Source of the DNA: Vulcanimicrobiota bacterium
Lineage (GTDB): Bacteria; Vulcanimicrobiota; Vulcanimicrobiia; Vulcanimicrobiales; Vulcanimicrobiaceae
DNA: 64,000 nt
NCBI GenBank assembly: GCA_963795855.1
Contig: CAWCIZ010000003.1
Location: forward strand, 960,001 to 1,024,000
Direction of reading: 5' to 3'
Position numbers and translations under genes: made by a program
The notes under the pieces: model-generated
Seen by the model: only the letters and a program-made list of their open reading frames with translations
Databases searched by the model: none
What the model was told of the DNA's origin: nothing
Part shown: in pieces, positions 62,105 to 64,000 of the stretch
Position numbering within the stretch: position 1 is the stretch's first letter
Layout: each line of letters starts with the position of its first letter

Positions 62105-63232
62105 ATGGCGCGCATTTCCACCTTCGACGACTGGATCGACCTGCTCCAGGAATGGCAGAAGGACATCGGGCTGAACCAGGAGCTTATCGATCGCTTTATG
62201 CCCGGCTACCAGTTCGAAGCGAAGTACGGCGAACTTACCGGGCGTGAAATCTCGTTCGGCGACTTCAAGGGCGAGCGCCGCTGGGAGAAGATTCTCGAGA
62301 TTCCCGATCAGCGTATGCGCGACGCACTGCTGAACATGATCGTGTATCAGGGAGACACCGAATTCGCCTCCAACGAGCAGCAGCGTTTTCTCGTCAACAA
62401 CGCTCCCAGCGAATACGATCTGGCTTCGCTGGTGCGGATTATGGTGGAAGAAACCCGTCACGGCTATCAGATGTGCCATCTGCTCGTGAACAACTTCGGC
62501 CACGACGGCAAAATCGAAGCGCAGAAGATGCTCGAACGCCGGGCCTTCGGCAAGAAGAACCGCCTGCTCAACGCGTTCAACGACGACGTTACGCATTGGC
62601 TCGACTTTTTCGCCTACACGAATTTCATGGACCGCGACGGAAAGTTTCAGCTGACGATGCTTTCGCATTCCGGGTTTGCTCCGCTCGCGCAATCGATGGG
62701 CCCGATGCTGCGCGAAGAATCGTACCACATGGGCACCGGCATCTCGGGACTGCGCCGCATCGCGCAGGCGAACGTCATTCCGGTCGAACTGCAGCAGAAA
62801 TACTACAACAAATGGATCTCCGGTTCGCTGGATCTTTTCGGCACCGACCATTCCGGGTCTGCGCAATGGGCTTATACCTGGGGCATCAAAGGCCGCGTCG
62901 ACGAGGACAAAGCCGGCGAAACCGTCGACAAAGAACGTTTGAACGAGCGCGCTCGCGGCCAGTTCTACGAAGAGTGCGAGAAGACGATCGAGCGCGTGAA
63001 CGCGGTCAACGCCTCGGAAACGAAGTTGTACATGCCGGACATCCGGTTCAATCGCAAGATCGGCGCGTACGCCGGCCAGTACTGGAGCGTCGACGGCCGC
63101 GAGTTGACCAAAGAGCAGTGGGACGCGTACGTTCAGAACGTTTTGCCTACCGCTCAAGACGACGAGCAACTCAAAGCGTATTTCAAAGATCCCTCGTGGA
63201 TCGCACCAAAAGGTAAAAGTGAGGCAGCGTAG
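62105..63232 (+). CDS. boxB: BoxB-like diiron aryl-CoA epoxidase subunit (PaaA/BoxB ferritin-like superfamily), short form
   Basis: QGDTE.AS.EQQR....APS.YDL, EETRH, ERR, R.L.AFN, DRDGKFQL, SGF.PLA, EESYH (two ExxH motifs). Confidence 0.8.
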   Translation: MARISTFDDWIDLLQEWQKDIGLNQELIDRFMPGYQFEAKYGELTGREISFGDFKGERRWEKILEIPDQRMRDALLNMIVYQGDTEFASNEQQRFLVNNAPSEYDLASLVRIMVEETRHGYQMCHLLVNNFGHDGKIEAQKMLERRAFGKKNRLLNAFNDDVTHWLDFFAYTNFMDRDGKFQLTMLSHSGFAPLAQSMGPMLREESYHMGTGISGLRRIAQANVIPVELQQKYYNKWISGSLDLFGTDHSGSAQWAYTWGIKGRVDEDKAGETVDKERLNERARGQFYEECEKTIERVNAVNASETKLYMPDIRFNRKIGAYAGQYWSVDGRELTKEQWDAYVQNVLPTAQDDEQLKAYFKDPSWIAPKGKSEAA

Positions 63233-63234
63233 CC

Positions 63235-64000
63235 ATGACAACGACGGAAAACGGTCTTCGCGCGGCTGATAGCCGGCAAACCCCATTCGGACGTGAAACC
63301 CGCGCGTTCGACGGCAAACGCGTTATCGACTACTCGAAAGACGGCCACGTCGCGGTCATCGAGATGAACGATCCGCCGGCAAACACGTACACGCACGAGA
63401 TGATGCGGCAGCTGGACGAGGCGATTCTCGACGCGCGTTTCGACCAGGACGTCGAAGTGCTCTTGATCACCGGCAAAGGCGAGAAATTCTTCTCCGCCGG
63501 TGCGAACATCGGCATGCTGAACAGCGTCACGCCGGAGTTCAAATACAACTTCTGCCTGCACGCGAACGAGACGCTCTCCCGCCTGGAGCAAACGCCGAAA
63601 CTGGTCATCGCGGCGCTCAACGGCCACTGCGTGGGCGGCGGTCTCGAGATCGCCATGGCTTGCGACATCCGCATCGCGCGGCAAGACGCCGGCAAGATCG
63701 GCCTGCCGGAAGTTGCTCTCGGCGTACTGCCCGGAACCGGCGGCACGCAGCGGCTGGCTCGTCTAGTCGGAAAATCGCGCGCTATCGAACTAATGTGCAC
63801 CGGCCGCACGTACAGTTTCGAACAGGCGCAGGAATGGGGCATCGTCAACGACGTTCTCGAGGGCGACGCCCAGAGTTTCCGCGATCAAGTGCTGACTTAC
63901 GCCAAGCAGTTCACGACGCCGAACAAGGCGCCGATGGCGATCGGCCACATCAAGCGCAGCGTCCAGACCGGCATGGAACTGCCGCTCAACGACGCTCTCG
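63235..64000 (+). CDS. Enoyl-CoA hydratase/crotonase with BoxC N-domain-like signature (runs off the window)
   Basis: FSAGANIGML...FKYNFCLHANET, ALNGHCVGGGLE, GLPEV.LGVLPGTGGTQRL. Confidence 0.88.
   Translation, partial: MTTTENGLRAADSRQTPFGRETRAFDGKRVIDYSKDGHVAVIEMNDPPANTYTHEMMRQLDEAILDARFDQDVEVLLITGKGEKFFSAGANIGMLNSVTPEFKYNFCLHANETLSRLEQTPKLVIAALNGHCVGGGLEIAMACDIRIARQDAGKIGLPEVALGVLPGTGGTQRLARLVGKSRAIELMCTGRTYSFEQAQEWGIVNDVLEGDAQSFRDQVLTYAKQFTTPNKAPMAIGHIKRSVQTGMELPLNDAL

Noticed and set aside
1..64000. Prophage, IS element, integron, tRNA or rRNA
   Set aside because: No integrase, transposase, phage structural gene, cloverleaf or rRNA signature recognised; the amidase, methylase and GIY-YIG genes are scattered among chromosomal genes.

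Overview
GC-rich bacterial chromosomal window, densely coding (~60 genes), with no rRNA, tRNA, CRISPR array, transposase or prophage visible. The Cys-rich TonB-dependent receptors (TBDRs) with N-terminal carboxypeptidase-regulatory-like domains, the AfsR/STAND-TPR regulator and the general gene style suggest a soil Ca. Eremiobacterota/Vulcanimicrobiota-like genome; this is inference only. About 20 genes are broken by single-base indels, most simply explained by unpolished long-read assembly error. Left to right: a Dam-family methylase plus PD-(D/E)XK nuclease; msrA/msrB; a peptide ABC transporter, secreted FN3/glycosidase-like protein and two paralogous TBDRs downstream of lysA-dacB-SIS; an amidase; an AfsR-like regulator; a FolK-MptA fusion; M48/M28 peptidases; Mrp, dprA, hemL, GH47; an ABC-2 operon interrupted by antisense alkA-pirin; an MFS transporter; a histone H1-like protein; Lhr helicase plus metallophosphoesterase; DUF1326/DUF2182; and an aromatic-CoA catabolic cluster (paaH, thiolase, ALDH, TBDR, paaX, short BoxB-like diiron epoxidase, single-domain BoxC-like crotonase). 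Best leads: (1) a ~140-nt leader conserved in front of both tandem TBDRs, with a covarying hairpin + U-tract and a shared non-sigma70 promoter-like motif; (2) a compact PaaX-controlled BoxB/half-BoxC pathway; (3) the FolK-MptA fusion.
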